Under the pieces are notes generated by a model, which did no database searches, was not told the origin of the DNA, and saw only the letters and a program-made list of their open reading frames with translations. A DNA stretch of 64,000 nt from an uncultured Candidatus Saccharibacteria bacterium (lineage in GTDB: Bacteria; Patescibacteriota; Minisyncoccia; Phycocordibacterales; UBA2100), in the NCBI GenBank assembly GCA_964545165.1, contig CAZJEQ010000001.1, forward strand, positions 1,971-65,970, read 5' to 3'. This document shows, in pieces, positions 8,780 to 19,034 of this stretch. Each line of letters starts with the position of its first letter. Within the stretch, counting starts at the first letter, position 1. The position numbers were made by a program, and so were the translations under genes.

Positions 8780-9133
8780 ATGGACAACGCATCAAGTATT
8801 AAGCCCCTTTACCGTGGCACACAGGTCGTGTGGTATTTATTTTCAGCAATCGAAGTCGTGCTGTTGTTTCGATTCTTTCTCAAGCTCATCGGTGCAAATC
8901 CCGATGCGTGGTTTACGGCATTCATCTATGCGGTGAGCTATCCGTTTGCGGGCCCGTTCCTCTACGTCGTCCGATCCACGCAGGTCTCCGGCAGCGTATT
9001 CGAATGGACGACGCTGCTCGCGATGGCGGTGTACTGGGTACTTGCGTGGGGGATCGTGCGCCTCTTCGTCATGGGCAAGCCCGTCTCCACCGGCGAAGCA
9101 TCGGTCAAGCTCGCCAAGCAAGACGTAGCCTAA
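8780..9133 (+). CDS. YggT family membrane protein
   Basis: LLFRFFLKLIGANP...FIYAVSYPFAGPF pattern. Confidence 0.75.
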   Translation: MDNASSIKPLYRGTQVVWYLFSAIEVVLLFRFFLKLIGANPDAWFTAFIYAVSYPFAGPFLYVVRSTQVSGSVFEWTTLLAMAVYWVLAWGIVRLFVMGKPVSTGEASVKLAKQDVA

Positions 9134-9205
9134 AACAGTTTGCCTTTACAGACCCTGGAGGCTGTGGGATAACGGCGTCAGTCAACAAGATGGAAGGACC
9201 AAGCA

Positions 9206-10075
9206 ATGATCGGTATCGAAACAGCAGGCCCCCTGACGGGAGAAGCCGCGGGCATCGTGCTCAAGGAGGCCGTCAAGCGGGCCGGCGCTGAAATCCGCCG
9301 ACAGCGCTTGTCGTTCGAGTCGGGCTTCAAAGCCGGCCGCAGCGGCAAGATGGACGACGTGTTCACTTCCGCCGACACGGCGGCGCAGGAAATCATGCTG
9401 AAGATCTTGCGCGAGGTGTTCCCGAATGCGGGCATCATCGCCGAGGAGAAGCGCCTGATCATCAAGCCGAATCCCGGCTGTGAGATCTACATCACGATCG
9501 ACCCGATGGATGGCACTCGCGCGTTCAAGCGGAGGCAGTCACGCGGCGTCGGCAGCATGGTCGCGTTGATCGAGAATGGTCGCGTGCTCTCGGCTTGGAT
9601 CTACGACGTATACGCGCGGGAAGTCGTCGGCTATCGGCCCGGCTCCGACAAGGTGCACTGCGTCTTCGACGACGGTGGCAGTCTGCGCCTCGCCGCGCCG
9701 ACTCGACGGTTGCGCGAGGCATATGTGCTGCTGCGCGACCCGCTCGATAAGTATTCGGCGACGAGCGCGTCAATGGTGCAAAAGTTCCGCAGCCACGAGA
9801 TCGAGGGCGGCTCGATCGGCGTCTGGATGATGCGCCTGTTCAAGGGCGAGTGCGGCGGCGTGATCATGCTGCCGTCGGATGACAATCCCTGGGACGTGGC
9901 ACCGATCTACGGTATCGCGCTCAAGCTCGGCTACGTGTTCCTCAGGCCGTTCGGCGATTCGTGGGAGCGGTACGAGCCGTACATCGGGCCAGAGGTGCAG
10001 CCGCGAGATCATGACACGCTGATCGTGCACGAGCGTGCGCTCGGTCAAATCCGTCTTCGCGCTATCGCCGCCTGA
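9206..10075 (+). CDS. Inositol monophosphatase family protein
   Basis: TSAD, IIAEE, IDPMDGT, PWDVA motifs. Confidence 0.88.
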   Translation: MIGIETAGPLTGEAAGIVLKEAVKRAGAEIRRQRLSFESGFKAGRSGKMDDVFTSADTAAQEIMLKILREVFPNAGIIAEEKRLIIKPNPGCEIYITIDPMDGTRAFKRRQSRGVGSMVALIENGRVLSAWIYDVYAREVVGYRPGSDKVHCVFDDGGSLRLAAPTRRLREAYVLLRDPLDKYSATSASMVQKFRSHEIEGGSIGVWMMRLFKGECGGVIMLPSDDNPWDVAPIYGIALKLGYVFLRPFGDSWERYEPYIGPEVQPRDHDTLIVHERALGQIRLRAIAA

Positions 10076-10127
10076 GAATCGCGAGCGTATGAATCGGGGG
10101 CCGTCGCTTTAGACGGCCCTCATCTTT

Positions 10128-11132
10128 TTATAAAAGTGCCTGCTGATTTTTTGGCAGATCTTCGCCGAGGTGTGCGTAGCCTTTTTTCGTGACGGTGCGG
10201 CCGCGCGGCGTGCGCTCCAAGAGATCGATCTGCATGAGGTACGGCTCGTGCACTTCTTCGATCGTCGCTTCTTCTTCGGAGAGGGAGGCGGCGATGGTCT
10301 TCAGACCTGCCGGGCCGCCATTAAATTTCTCGATGAGCGTGAGCAGGATGTCGCGGTCGATCTGATTGAGGCCGAGCTCGTCGATCTCGAGCAGCGCGAG
10401 CGCTTTTTTCACCGTCTTGGTATCGAGTACTTCGCTGCTTACTTCGGCGAAATCGCGTGCGCGTTTCAAGAGATAGTTTGCGGTGCGCGGTGTGGCGCGC
10501 GAGCGGCGTGCGATTTCGCCGAGCGATTCTTTATCGATGACAATACCGAGCACGTGCGCAGAGCGGCGGAGGATTTCTGCGATCTCATCCACGCTGTAGT
10601 ACTGCAAGCGGAAGGTCCCGCCCGAGAAGCGTGAGCGAAGTGGCGCGGAGAGCATGGAGACGCGCGTCGTTGCGGCGATGAGGGTAAATGGCGGGAGATC
10701 GAGCTGCACCGTGCGTGCGCTCGGGCCCTTGCCGATGACGATATCGAGGACGCCTGCCTCCATGGCAGGGTAGAGGACCTCCTCGATGGTGCGATTCAAG
10801 CGGTGGATTTCATCTATAAATAGAACGTCGCCCGGTGTGAGGTTGGTGAGGATGGCGGCGAGGTCGCCCACGCGCTCGATCGCCGGCCCCGAGGTGGAGC
10901 GGAGATTGGTATTGAGCTCCTTGGCAATGAGGTGGGCGAGCGTGGTCTTGCCGAGGCCCGGCGGCCCATAGAGGAGCACATGCTCGGGCTGATGATTGCG
11001 GCCCTTGGCAGCCGTGAGGAGGATGCGAAGGTTCTCTTTAATAGAGGGCTGGCCAATGTAATCGGCCCAATCGGTCGGGCGCAGCGCACTATCGAGGCTG
11101 CGGGGGCTTTTTTCGGCTACAGGCTGAGACAT
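10128..11132 (-). CDS. ruvB: Holliday junction branch migration helicase RuvB
   Basis: [32 protein letters not shown]. Confidence 0.97.
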   Translation of the reverse strand: MSQPVAEKSPRSLDSALRPTDWADYIGQPSIKENLRILLTAAKGRNHQPEHVLLYGPPGLGKTTLAHLIAKELNTNLRSTSGPAIERVGDLAAILTNLTPGDVLFIDEIHRLNRTIEEVLYPAMEAGVLDIVIGKGPSARTVQLDLPPFTLIAATTRVSMLSAPLRSRFSGGTFRLQYYSVDEIAEILRRSAHVLGIVIDKESLGEIARRSRATPRTANYLLKRARDFAEVSSEVLDTKTVKKALALLEIDELGLNQIDRDILLTLIEKFNGGPAGLKTIAASLSEEEATIEEVHEPYLMQIDLLERTPRGRTVTKKGYAHLGEDLPKNQQALL

Positions 11133-11173
11133 ACGAGGCTTTTCGGCTCTCCGGGGAGAGGCGATAAGGCTAC

Positions 11174-11201
11174 TTGACAATTATTAACAAGATGCTACAC
11201 T
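11174..11201 (+). promoter_or_regulatory. Sigma70-type promoter driving an intergenic RNA
   Basis: TTGACA-N16-TACACT with upstream TG. Confidence 0.65.
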
Positions 11202-11207
11202 ATCTGA

Positions 11208-11403
11208 AGAAGCGGAGCATATCCGCTTTTTTCATTGCGAGGCGCGCAGCTTCGGGTAATCGCGACTTTATCGAGGACGACGACAGTGCTTATCTATACG
11301 GTACGACCACTATCTCCATCCTTAGATCCCAGTTGCAACTTTCTCCCGAAAGGATTACCCGAATTTGTGCACCTCTCATTCCTCTCGAAGCCTATCACTC
11401 GCC
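11208..11403 (+). ncRNA. Putative 6S RNA-like rod-shaped ncRNA
   Basis: ~195 nt between a promoter and a terminator; 23-nt stem 11239-11261/11353-11375; inner stems GCGACT/AGTTGC and ATCGAGGA/TCCTTAGAT; imperfect closing stem and central bubble; no credible ORF. Confidence 0.55.
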
Positions 11404-11425
11404 AAACCGCCCGCAAGGCGGTTTT
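11404..11425. terminator. Intrinsic terminator
   Basis: AAACCGCC-CGCAA-GGCGGTTTT. Confidence 0.75.
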
Positions 11426-11438
11426 GTGGTTTAAAACA

Positions 11439-11708
11439 TCAGACACTTTTGTTCAGCCGCTGATTATTTCGGTAGATTTCTATCAGCATCTCGATCCGCT
11501 CCGGATCGTCTCGCACATCCATCAAGGAAAGTCGCATGAGTGATGTCTCGATGACTCGTGGAGGCAAGCTCTGCATGGCTTCGCGCATCAGTTTTTTCAT
11601 GGAAGCGAGCGTCTCGACAGGCGCTGATGCGTGCGGGCTTTCCGCAAGCCACCCTTCTACCTTTGCGATCTTTTTCTCCACCAGAGAGACGACGTTGGGA
11701 GATTCCAT
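11439..11708 (-). CDS. Hypothetical protein
   Basis: 89-aa ORF 7 nt downstream of the ATPase gene. Confidence 0.6.
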   Translation of the reverse strand: MESPNVVSLVEKKIAKVEGWLAESPHASAPVETLASMKKLMREAMQSLPPRVIETSLMRLSLMDVRDDPERIEMLIEIYRNNQRLNKSV

Positions 11709-11715
11709 GTGATTG

Positions 11716-13410
11716 CTAGGCGATTGAATCGAGCATCACCTCGTCGGTGAGGTCCACGACGCGGGAGAGTTCTTCAAATGAAGTGACGCCCTGGAGGATT
11801 TTCACGGCGCCGTCTTGTGCCATGCGGCGAATGCCCTGGTGCTTCGCGGCTTTCCAGATATCGCGCTCGCTCGAGGAGTGGCGCACGCACTCTTCGATCT
11901 CGCGATCCATGAGAATGACCTCGACGACCGCGACGCGGCCCTTGTAGCCGATGCCGCCGCATTTCACGCAGCCCTTCGGCAGCCACATGGTGTCGCGATT
12001 CTGCGGGAGCTCGTCAGCGTGCGGAATATTTTTCAGGAGTATCTCCATGGTCTTTTTTACTTCGCCCTCGATCACGTGCGATTCGCGGCAATTCGGGCAG
12101 AGGCGTCGCACGAGACGCTGTGCCATCGCCACGGTGACGGAAGCGCCGAGAATATCCGCATTTACGCCCATGTCGATGAGTCGGGGGAAGGTGCCAGCGG
12201 CGTCGTTGGTGTGCAGCGTCGAGAAGACCAAGTGACCCGTGAGTGATGCCTGTACTGCCGTGGAGGCGACTTCCGCATCGCGGATCTCGCCGACCATGAT
12301 CACATCGGGGTCTTGGCGGAGTGTCGAGCGCAGGCCCTGCGCAAATGAATACTCTTTTGATACCTGCGTCTGCACGATGCCGGGGAGGTGGTATTCGATC
12401 GGGTCTTCGATCGTGACGATCTTGATCTCGGGGCTCTTCACGGCGGTGAGAAATGCGTAGAGCGTGGTGGTCTTACCGCTGCCGGTCGGACCCGTGTTGA
12501 GGATCATGCCGTTGGGCTTGGCGACCTCGTGCTTGAAGATGTCCATCAGATATTTATCAAAGCCCAGTTGCTCCATCGGCAGTGCGATGGTGCTCGGATC
12601 AAGGACGCGCATGACGATGGTCTCGGCATAGCCGGCAGGGAGGACCGAGAGACGAATCTCGATCTCTTTGCCACCGACGACGATCGAGAAGCGGCCATCT
12701 TGTGCGGCGTTTTTTACGTTGAGCTTGAGACCCGAGAGTAATTTGAGACGACTTGAGATAAGCGCGTAGGTCGGCGCGTCGATCATGAGTGCTTCCACGA
12801 GTACGCCATCGAGGCGATAGCGCATACGGACACCCGCTTCTTCAGGCTCGAGGTGCACATCGCTCGCTCCCAGCGAGAGCGCGCCGGCCATGATCACTTC
12901 GAGCACGCGCGAGATGCGATGCGCGTCCTTGGATCCGGTGTGCGAGGTGATTTCGCTCTTCACATCGGCGAGCGTCTTGAGCGTACCGAGCATTTGCTGG
13001 ATCGCTTCATTGGAGAGGGTGAGGACGCCCGCCTCCGTCTCGGTGGCAAATGAAATGTCTTTGTAGCGATCCCAGGCGTGCTCGAGCGAGACGGTGGAGA
13101 CCATGAATTTGCGAGTCGAATAGCCGAGGCCCTCGATATTTTTTACGACGGTGAGTGCGTCGGGGCGCTCGGGTGCGCGCATACCGATCCAGATTTGTTT
13201 GTTGACCTTGTGAAATGCGGCGACTTCTGCCGCACGTGCCTCAGCTTCGGGGATGAGGCGCAGGGCGTCGGAGTTGATCGCCTTGGAGGTGAGATCGGCG
13301 TATTCGACGCCGTACTTGGTGGAGAGGATTTGCGCGAGCTGCTCCTCCTCTTTGGCGCGGAGCTCGTGCAGGCGCTCCTCGCTCTTCTTCTCATCAAAGG
13401 GCACGTTCAT
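11716..13410 (-). CDS. GspE/PulE/PilB family pilus assembly ATPase
   Basis: ASDVHLEP, QDGRF, GPTGSGKTTT, TIEDPIEY, LRQDPDVIMVGEIRD, TLHTN, two CxxC motifs. Confidence 0.93.
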   Translation of the reverse strand: MNVPFDEKKSEERLHELRAKEEEQLAQILSTKYGVEYADLTSKAINSDALRLIPEAEARAAEVAAFHKVNKQIWIGMRAPERPDALTVVKNIEGLGYSTRKFMVSTVSLEHAWDRYKDISFATETEAGVLTLSNEAIQQMLGTLKTLADVKSEITSHTGSKDAHRISRVLEVIMAGALSLGASDVHLEPEEAGVRMRYRLDGVLVEALMIDAPTYALISSRLKLLSGLKLNVKNAAQDGRFSIVVGGKEIEIRLSVLPAGYAETIVMRVLDPSTIALPMEQLGFDKYLMDIFKHEVAKPNGMILNTGPTGSGKTTTLYAFLTAVKSPEIKIVTIEDPIEYHLPGIVQTQVSKEYSFAQGLRSTLRQDPDVIMVGEIRDAEVASTAVQASLTGHLVFSTLHTNDAAGTFPRLIDMGVNADILGASVTVAMAQRLVRRLCPNCRESHVIEGEVKKTMEILLKNIPHADELPQNRDTMWLPKGCVKCGGIGYKGRVAVVEVILMDREIEECVRHSSSERDIWKAAKHQGIRRMAQDGAVKILQGVTSFEELSRVVDLTDEVMLDSIA

Positions 13411-13569
13411 AGGGCTATTTTACCCCACAAAATAGGCATATATTGGCGAAACTAAGCCATCTATTGACTTTTGACATAATCGTGATACAATGAAGAAAGA
13501 ACATATAGCGTACGTATTTGTGTTCTGAACCGGCCTTTGGCCATAACCTCGATTGATCGGAGATTAGTC

Positions 13570-14487
13570 ATGAGCAACGGAAACGCGAGCGTTCGTCGTC
13601 ACCACGGGGCCACCAACTACTACCGCGTCATGCCCGGTCGGCGTCCCCACAAGGTGGGCGATCGCACGGACGAGCGTATCGTACTCGAGAGCGCACGGTA
13701 CTCTTCGACCGCCCTCGAAATCGCGACGGAGAGCTTCGCCGCCGGCCTCGCGGTCGGTCCCGGCGAACACAACGCGGAGGGTTTCGGACAGGGCTTCAAG
13801 CTCTCGCGCGGTGGGGTCATCCTGCCGGCGGTCGCGTCCGATGACGAGCGGACGATCCCGATCCGCGAGTTCCGCTACAAGGACCACGCTGGTCATGAGC
13901 AGGTCCGCTTGTTCGCGGACAAGGTCTCGATCGAGCGCATGCCCGATGGCTCTGCCCGCGCGGTGCCCTTCAACAAGAAGGACGAGTCCGACATTGTCTA
14001 CTTCGAAGTCTGGACCGGCTACACGGGCGACATCAATCGCACGATGCAGTTGATCAACGCGGGCAAGTTCAAGACGCATGGGTCCGTCGAGTACTCCGGC
14101 GGCGCCGTCATGGTCGATGCGTCGAGCAAGCGCAAGCGTCCGACCAAGGCGGAGAGCGCAAAGCTCGATGAGCTGACGATTCTCGAGTCGGATGTCACGT
14201 CCGGCACGCAGGGTCAGGCAGAACTGGTCGCGGAAGTGCCCTTCCTGGTCGTCGGCGGCTTCGTCGTCTGGAGCGTCAGGCTCTGGAAGGTCAAGTATTC
14301 GGCGAAGGGGTCGGAGGCGGTGCTCGTGAAGCACGACGAGCAGTTCCTGTTGCTCCGCGCTCCGGGGGGCAAGGTGCTCGAGAAGGACAAGCTCTACGTG
14401 CCGGCTGCGGACTTCGGGCGCACCTTCACGAGGCTCGCCTCGAATGTCTACGTGCCCGGCGCGTCCAAGCACGAAGCCGCAGCATAG
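13570..14487 (+). CDS. Hypothetical protein
   Basis: Long ORF with strong GC3 codon bias; upstream TTGACT-N16-TACAAT (13464-13491); downstream terminator. Confidence 0.7.
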   Translation: MSNGNASVRRHHGATNYYRVMPGRRPHKVGDRTDERIVLESARYSSTALEIATESFAAGLAVGPGEHNAEGFGQGFKLSRGGVILPAVASDDERTIPIREFRYKDHAGHEQVRLFADKVSIERMPDGSARAVPFNKKDESDIVYFEVWTGYTGDINRTMQLINAGKFKTHGSVEYSGGAVMVDASSKRKRPTKAESAKLDELTILESDVTSGTQGQAELVAEVPFLVVGGFVVWSVRLWKVKYSAKGSEAVLVKHDEQFLLLRAPGGKVLEKDKLYVPAADFGRTFTRLASNVYVPGASKHEAAA

Positions 14488-14506
14488 TACGCATAGATCG
14501 TTAATG

Positions 14507-14540
14507 AAGAGCGGGCACGCTAGTGCCCGCTCTTTATTTT
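14507..14540 (+). terminator. Intrinsic terminator
   Basis: AAGAGCGGGCAC-GCTA-GTGCCCGCTCTT followed by a T-rich run. Confidence 0.8.
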
Positions 14541-14580
14541 TCGGCAGATTGGTAGGTGTCTGCGTGGTAAAATATTTTAT

Positions 14581-15498
14581 ATGGATGGGAAAATCGGACG
14601 TGTTAAGAACAGAGAAACAGGTCAATGGTTCAGCAGCCCTGAAGAAGCTGCGCGCGCAGCAACACTCACGGCATCTGCAGAATCTCCAACTACACCGGAA
14701 ATGCCTCCTGAAGAAGTGCAGCTCAACATGAATGATGCGCGTGAAATCTGGTATCAAACGCGTAGCGGGGAGATCGTAAAATTACGAGAGCAGCCAGCAA
14801 TTAACGACGAACGAGATCGTCAGCAAATATCTCCTGACTCGCTGCCGCTGCCGGGGTTCCCAAAATTTAGTCGCACCATAGAAGATGCCGAAATTCCTGA
14901 CCCGAACGCTCCTGAATCAGTTCCAGTTCCAGCTTCAGCGCCTCCTGCCACCCCTGTTCGCGATACTGCTCGACGAGCAGAGCCAGTGGTAGAGGAGCGT
15001 CTCTCGGCTGATGAGTGGCGCCAAGTCGACACCTCAGTGAGCTACTTTAGAAACATGTACAAGCCAGCTCTTCCAGGCGAGCGTAAAGGTCCGATCGCGA
15101 TCACACGTTTTTTGGAAGCGACTCACGCTATGCCCGCACAAGTGATCAACGCCGTCATCACCGATATCTCAAGCAGGGGCGAGGGCTACCCGAGCAAAGG
15201 AATGCTTGAGGCCGCGAACCTAAATCGGTACATGTACGACTACAATTTTAGTGCTCGGGATAGTTTGAATACGGGAGAAGGAGCAAATACATATGTAGCT
15301 GCGGATGCTCCAGCTGATGAGACGCCAGAACAACGTGCACTCCGCCAACGCACGGCACAAATGCTCGCACGCCTTGATGCAACACCTCGCGTGCCAGGCG
15401 AAGCAACTGCGCCGACGCGAGAAGCAGCGACACCGGTCGCAGAAACACAAGAACAGCGGAATGAAAGAACGCGCAAGATGCTCGCTCGGTTGGGATAA
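14581..15498 (+). CDS. Hypothetical Pro/Glu/Ala-rich protein
   Basis: 305-aa ORF; duplicated C-terminal motif ETPEQR...RTAQMLARL / ETQEQR...RTRKMLARL. Confidence 0.7.
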   Translation: MDGKIGRVKNRETGQWFSSPEEAARAATLTASAESPTTPEMPPEEVQLNMNDAREIWYQTRSGEIVKLREQPAINDERDRQQISPDSLPLPGFPKFSRTIEDAEIPDPNAPESVPVPASAPPATPVRDTARRAEPVVEERLSADEWRQVDTSVSYFRNMYKPALPGERKGPIAITRFLEATHAMPAQVINAVITDISSRGEGYPSKGMLEAANLNRYMYDYNFSARDSLNTGEGANTYVAADAPADETPEQRALRQRTAQMLARLDATPRVPGEATAPTREAATPVAETQEQRNERTRKMLARLG

Positions 15499-15528
15499 TA
15501 TCTCGCTGTCGCTATTTGCTATGCTGTC

Positions 15529-15981
15529 GTGATGCAGACGACCAGTCTCGTGGAATTCAATGACGAAGCGACGCGCTTTGCGGCTTCACTCACACCGGCC
15601 GCGGAGGCGACGGTCGTCGCGCTCTCGGGGGATTTAGGGGCAGGGAAGACCACCTTCACCCAGGCGCTCGCACGGCATTTCGGTATCGCAGAGCAGGTCT
15701 CGAGCCCCACCTTTGTCATCGAAAAGATCTACTCTATAGAAGGAGGTCCGCCAGCTGGCGGATTCACGCGCCTCGTTCATATCGATGCCTACCGCCTCAA
15801 AGGCTCGCACGAGCTCGAGGCGCTTGGCTGGGCGGAGCTCGTCCATAATCCAGAGAATCTCGTTCTGATAGAGTGGCCAGAGCGCGTGGCGGAGCTTATC
15901 CCGTCGAGCGCACATCGCATTGCGCTTACATTCATCGACGAACACACACGAGAGATTTCATATGGCGAAAAGAGTAATTAA
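15529..15981 (+). CDS. tsaE: tRNA threonylcarbamoyladenosine biosynthesis ATPase TsaE
   Basis: LSGDLGAGKTT, SSPTF, HIDAYRL, IEWPE. Confidence 0.95.
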   Translation: MMQTTSLVEFNDEATRFAASLTPAAEATVVALSGDLGAGKTTFTQALARHFGIAEQVSSPTFVIEKIYSIEGGPPAGGFTRLVHIDAYRLKGSHELEALGWAELVHNPENLVLIEWPERVAELIPSSAHRIALTFIDEHTREISYGEKSN

Positions 15982-18391
15982 AAAGAAAGAGGAGAAAGAA
16001 GAGCGTGCGGGGGAGAAGCCGGCGCGATTGGTCCTGCTCGATTCGCACGCGATTTTGCACCGCGCGTATCACGCACTTCCCGAATTCTCCAAGGCCAATG
16101 GCGAGCCCACCGGCGCGCTCTACGGCCTTATCCTCATGCTCCTGAAGATCCAGGACACGCTCAAGCCCGATTACATCATCGCGACGCGCGATTTGCCCGG
16201 CAAGACCGTGCGCCACGAAGCATTCGAAGCATACAAGGCGACGCGTGCCGAAATTGACGAGGCGCTCATCAAACAGCTGATCGCAGCACCAAAGATTTTC
16301 GAGGCCTTTGGTATTCCTGTGTACCAAAGAGAGGGCTATGAGGCAGACGACATGCTCGGTACCATCGCGCGTGAGACGAGTGTGCGCAGCGACATGCAGA
16401 CTATTATCGCGACGGGCGATAGCGATACGCTCCAGCTCGTGGGTCCACGCGTCCACGTCTTTATGATGCGGACCGGCATTTCCGATACCGTGATCTACGA
16501 CGAAGCAGGCGTGCGCGAGAAATATGGCTTTGGCCCCGAATTTGTCACCGACTACAAGGGCATCGTGGGAGATACCTCAGACAACATCCCCGGTGTCCCG
16601 GGTGTCGGCGCGGGTAGTGCGTCGAAGCTGATCGCGACCTTTGGCGGCCTCTCCAAGATTTACGAAGCTATCGCCAAGAAGGGCGTCGAAGCGACAGCCA
16701 AAGAAGCAGGTGTGCAGAAACGATACGTACAGCTCGTCGCAGACAACAAAAGCCAGGCGCAATTCTCGAAAGAGATCGCGACGATTCATACGGATCTTCC
16801 GATCGGATTTAAAATGCCCCCGCGCCACTATCATATGAAGGAGTACGCCGAGACCATCGGCAAAATCCTTGAGGAATACGAATTCCATTCCATCCGACAG
16901 CGTCTGAAGAGTGTGCTGGATTTGAGCGAGCCGACGGTCCAGAGCGTGGGAGAGAAGGACGTTATTGTTGATGAAGCGGAAGTCAAAGAAACAGGGCTCG
17001 CCGTGTGGCTTTTGCGGAGCGATATCACAGCGCCGAGTGTGCAGGATATTTTGAATTTCGCGCAGACGGAGGATTTCGCTAAAGCCAAGGAGAGCATTTT
17101 CGCGCAGCTGCGTGCGACCGGAAAGCTCGAGGCGGTATACAACGAGATTGAGCACCCCCTCATCGCCGTGGTCAATCGTATGAATGCGACGGGTATCGTG
17201 CTCGATGTGGCGTACATGCAGGGTCTTGAGAAGGAGTACACCGCCGAGCTCGCCAAGATCGTGGCGCGCATCTACGGGCACGTCGGCCACGAATTCAATA
17301 TCAATTCTCCCAAGCAGCTTGGCGATGTGCTCTACGACGAGCTCAAGATCACGCCCGAGCGGCAGAAGAAAACCGCGACCGGTGCTCGCACCACGCGCGA
17401 AGAAGAGCTGCTCAAGATGGTCGACCAGCATCCGATTATTGAAGACGTGCTTGCGTATCGTGAATTGCAGAAGCTGCTTGGCACGTATGTCGAGAAGATG
17501 CCGAAATTAGTGGGCGAAGATGGCCGACTCCGCACCGAATTCGTGCAATCAGGCTCGGCGACAGGGCGCATGTCGTGTCAGGATCCGAATCTCCAGAATA
17601 TTCCGATCAAGACCGAGTACGGTCGCCGTATTCGCAATGGGTTCGTCGCGGCTCCCGGCTGCAAGATCGTTGCGATCGACTATTCGCAGATCGAGCTGCG
17701 TATCGCGGCAGGTCTCTCTGGCGATGAGAAGCTCACTGAGATCTTCAAGCGCGGGGACGATGTGCACACGGCGACCGCCGCGCAGGTATTTAATGTGCCG
17801 GCCGAGCATGTCGACAAGGAAATGCGTCGTCGTGCCAAGGTAATCAACTTTGGCATCCTCTACGGCATGGGAGTTAATGCGCTCAGGCAAAATCTCGGCA
17901 CTGATGTCTCGCGCGAAGAGTCAGCACAGTATCTCGACGACTATTTCAAAAATTTCGCTGGCATTGCGCGTTATATCGCGCAAACCAAAGCAGATGCCGC
18001 TCGACAGGGATACACCGAGACACTCTACGGTCGCCGCCGCTACTTCCCGGGATTCAAATCACCGCTGCCGAATTTGCGCGCGCAGGCAGAGCGCATGGCA
18101 GTGAATGCGCCGATTCAAGGCACGCAGGCCGACATCATCAAGCGCGCCATGATCGAAGCTGATGCGCTGATCGAGAAAAAGGGGTGGCGTGACAAGGTGA
18201 AGTTGCTCATGCAGGTGCACGATGAGCTTGTCTATGAAATCGATGAGCAAGAAGCTGAATCGATTGGATCTGAGCTTCGAAAGACAATGGAAGATGTCGT
18301 TGACCCCGCGCTGATCTCTGGGGTGCCCATCATCGCCGAGATGTCGATCGGGGACAACTGGGGCGATCTCGAAAAAATAAAGCACAGCTAA
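15962..18391 (+). CDS. polA: DNA polymerase I (5'-3' exonuclease plus polymerase; 3'-5' exonuclease region reduced)
   Basis: LLDSHAILHRAYH, YEADD, GDTSDNIPGV, DYSQIELR, RRAKVINFG, QVHDE. Confidence 0.96.
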   Translation: MAKRVIKKKEEKEERAGEKPARLVLLDSHAILHRAYHALPEFSKANGEPTGALYGLILMLLKIQDTLKPDYIIATRDLPGKTVRHEAFEAYKATRAEIDEALIKQLIAAPKIFEAFGIPVYQREGYEADDMLGTIARETSVRSDMQTIIATGDSDTLQLVGPRVHVFMMRTGISDTVIYDEAGVREKYGFGPEFVTDYKGIVGDTSDNIPGVPGVGAGSASKLIATFGGLSKIYEAIAKKGVEATAKEAGVQKRYVQLVADNKSQAQFSKEIATIHTDLPIGFKMPPRHYHMKEYAETIGKILEEYEFHSIRQRLKSVLDLSEPTVQSVGEKDVIVDEAEVKETGLAVWLLRSDITAPSVQDILNFAQTEDFAKAKESIFAQLRATGKLEAVYNEIEHPLIAVVNRMNATGIVLDVAYMQGLEKEYTAELAKIVARIYGHVGHEFNINSPKQLGDVLYDELKITPERQKKTATGARTTREEELLKMVDQHPIIEDVLAYRELQKLLGTYVEKMPKLVGEDGRLRTEFVQSGSATGRMSCQDPNLQNIPIKTEYGRRIRNGFVAAPGCKIVAIDYSQIELRIAAGLSGDEKLTEIFKRGDDVHTATAAQVFNVPAEHVDKEMRRRAKVINFGILYGMGVNALRQNLGTDVSREESAQYLDDYFKNFAGIARYIAQTKADAARQGYTETLYGRRRYFPGFKSPLPNLRAQAERMAVNAPIQGTQADIIKRAMIEADALIEKKGWRDKVKLLMQVHDELVYEIDEQEAESIGSELRKTMEDVVDPALISGVPIIAEMSIGDNWGDLEKIKHS

Positions 18392-18392
18392 T

Positions 18393-19022
18393 ATGCTTTT
18401 TTTCTATTCCGGCACCGATACATCAAAGCTGCGCGCGAAATTAAACGCGGCCGTTGAAAAAGTTAAAGGCGCAACGGTGGTGCGGGTTACTGATGCGCAC
18501 GGTATTGCTGATCTCGAGGCGGCACTTGCCGGGGGAGGTATGTTCTCGACAGGGAAGCGTATGGTCGTGCTCGATAATGTCCTCGGCAATCCTGACATGA
18601 GCGTGATGATCCTTGGGCGGCTCCCGGTGCTCGCCACGAGCGCGGACATCTTTTTCCTTGTGGCGTCTGAGGTGAATGCCGCGACGCGCAAACAGATCGA
18701 AAAGCATGCGGAGACATCTGAGAAATTTGATGCGGAAAAAGAGAAGAAGGCCGAGACCATTTTTGCGCTGGCGAATGCCTTGCAGAGTGGCAAGAAAAAG
18801 GATCTTTGGGTCGGCTACCGCCGCGAAATTGCGGCGGGTAAATCACCCGAGAGCATTCATGGGGTGCTTTTTTGGGCGGCAAAGCAATATTTCCTCAGAA
18901 GCCCGCAGGATGTGCGCGCCAAAAAGCTGGTCGCACAGCTCGCGGAATTGCCACATGAAGCGCGCCGCAATGGATTTGATATGGAATACGCACTGGAGCA
19001 CTTCGTACTTTCTACTGCGTGA
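18393..19022 (+). CDS. holA: DNA polymerase III delta subunit-like protein (short form)
   Basis: MLFFYSGTD start, IFALANAL, ALEHFVL end; follows polA by 1 nt. Confidence 0.6.
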   Translation: MLFFYSGTDTSKLRAKLNAAVEKVKGATVVRVTDAHGIADLEAALAGGGMFSTGKRMVVLDNVLGNPDMSVMILGRLPVLATSADIFFLVASEVNAATRKQIEKHAETSEKFDAEKEKKAETIFALANALQSGKKKDLWVGYRREIAAGKSPESIHGVLFWAAKQYFLRSPQDVRAKKLVAQLAELPHEARRNGFDMEYALEHFVLSTA

Positions 19023-19034
19023 TAGAATTTCTGC

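Noticed and set aside
13564-14757. Long antisense ORFs (397 aa here; also 41657..42655, 39471..40496, 16577..17431)
   Set aside because: Shadow frames of GC-rich real genes on the opposite strand, with no recognisable motifs
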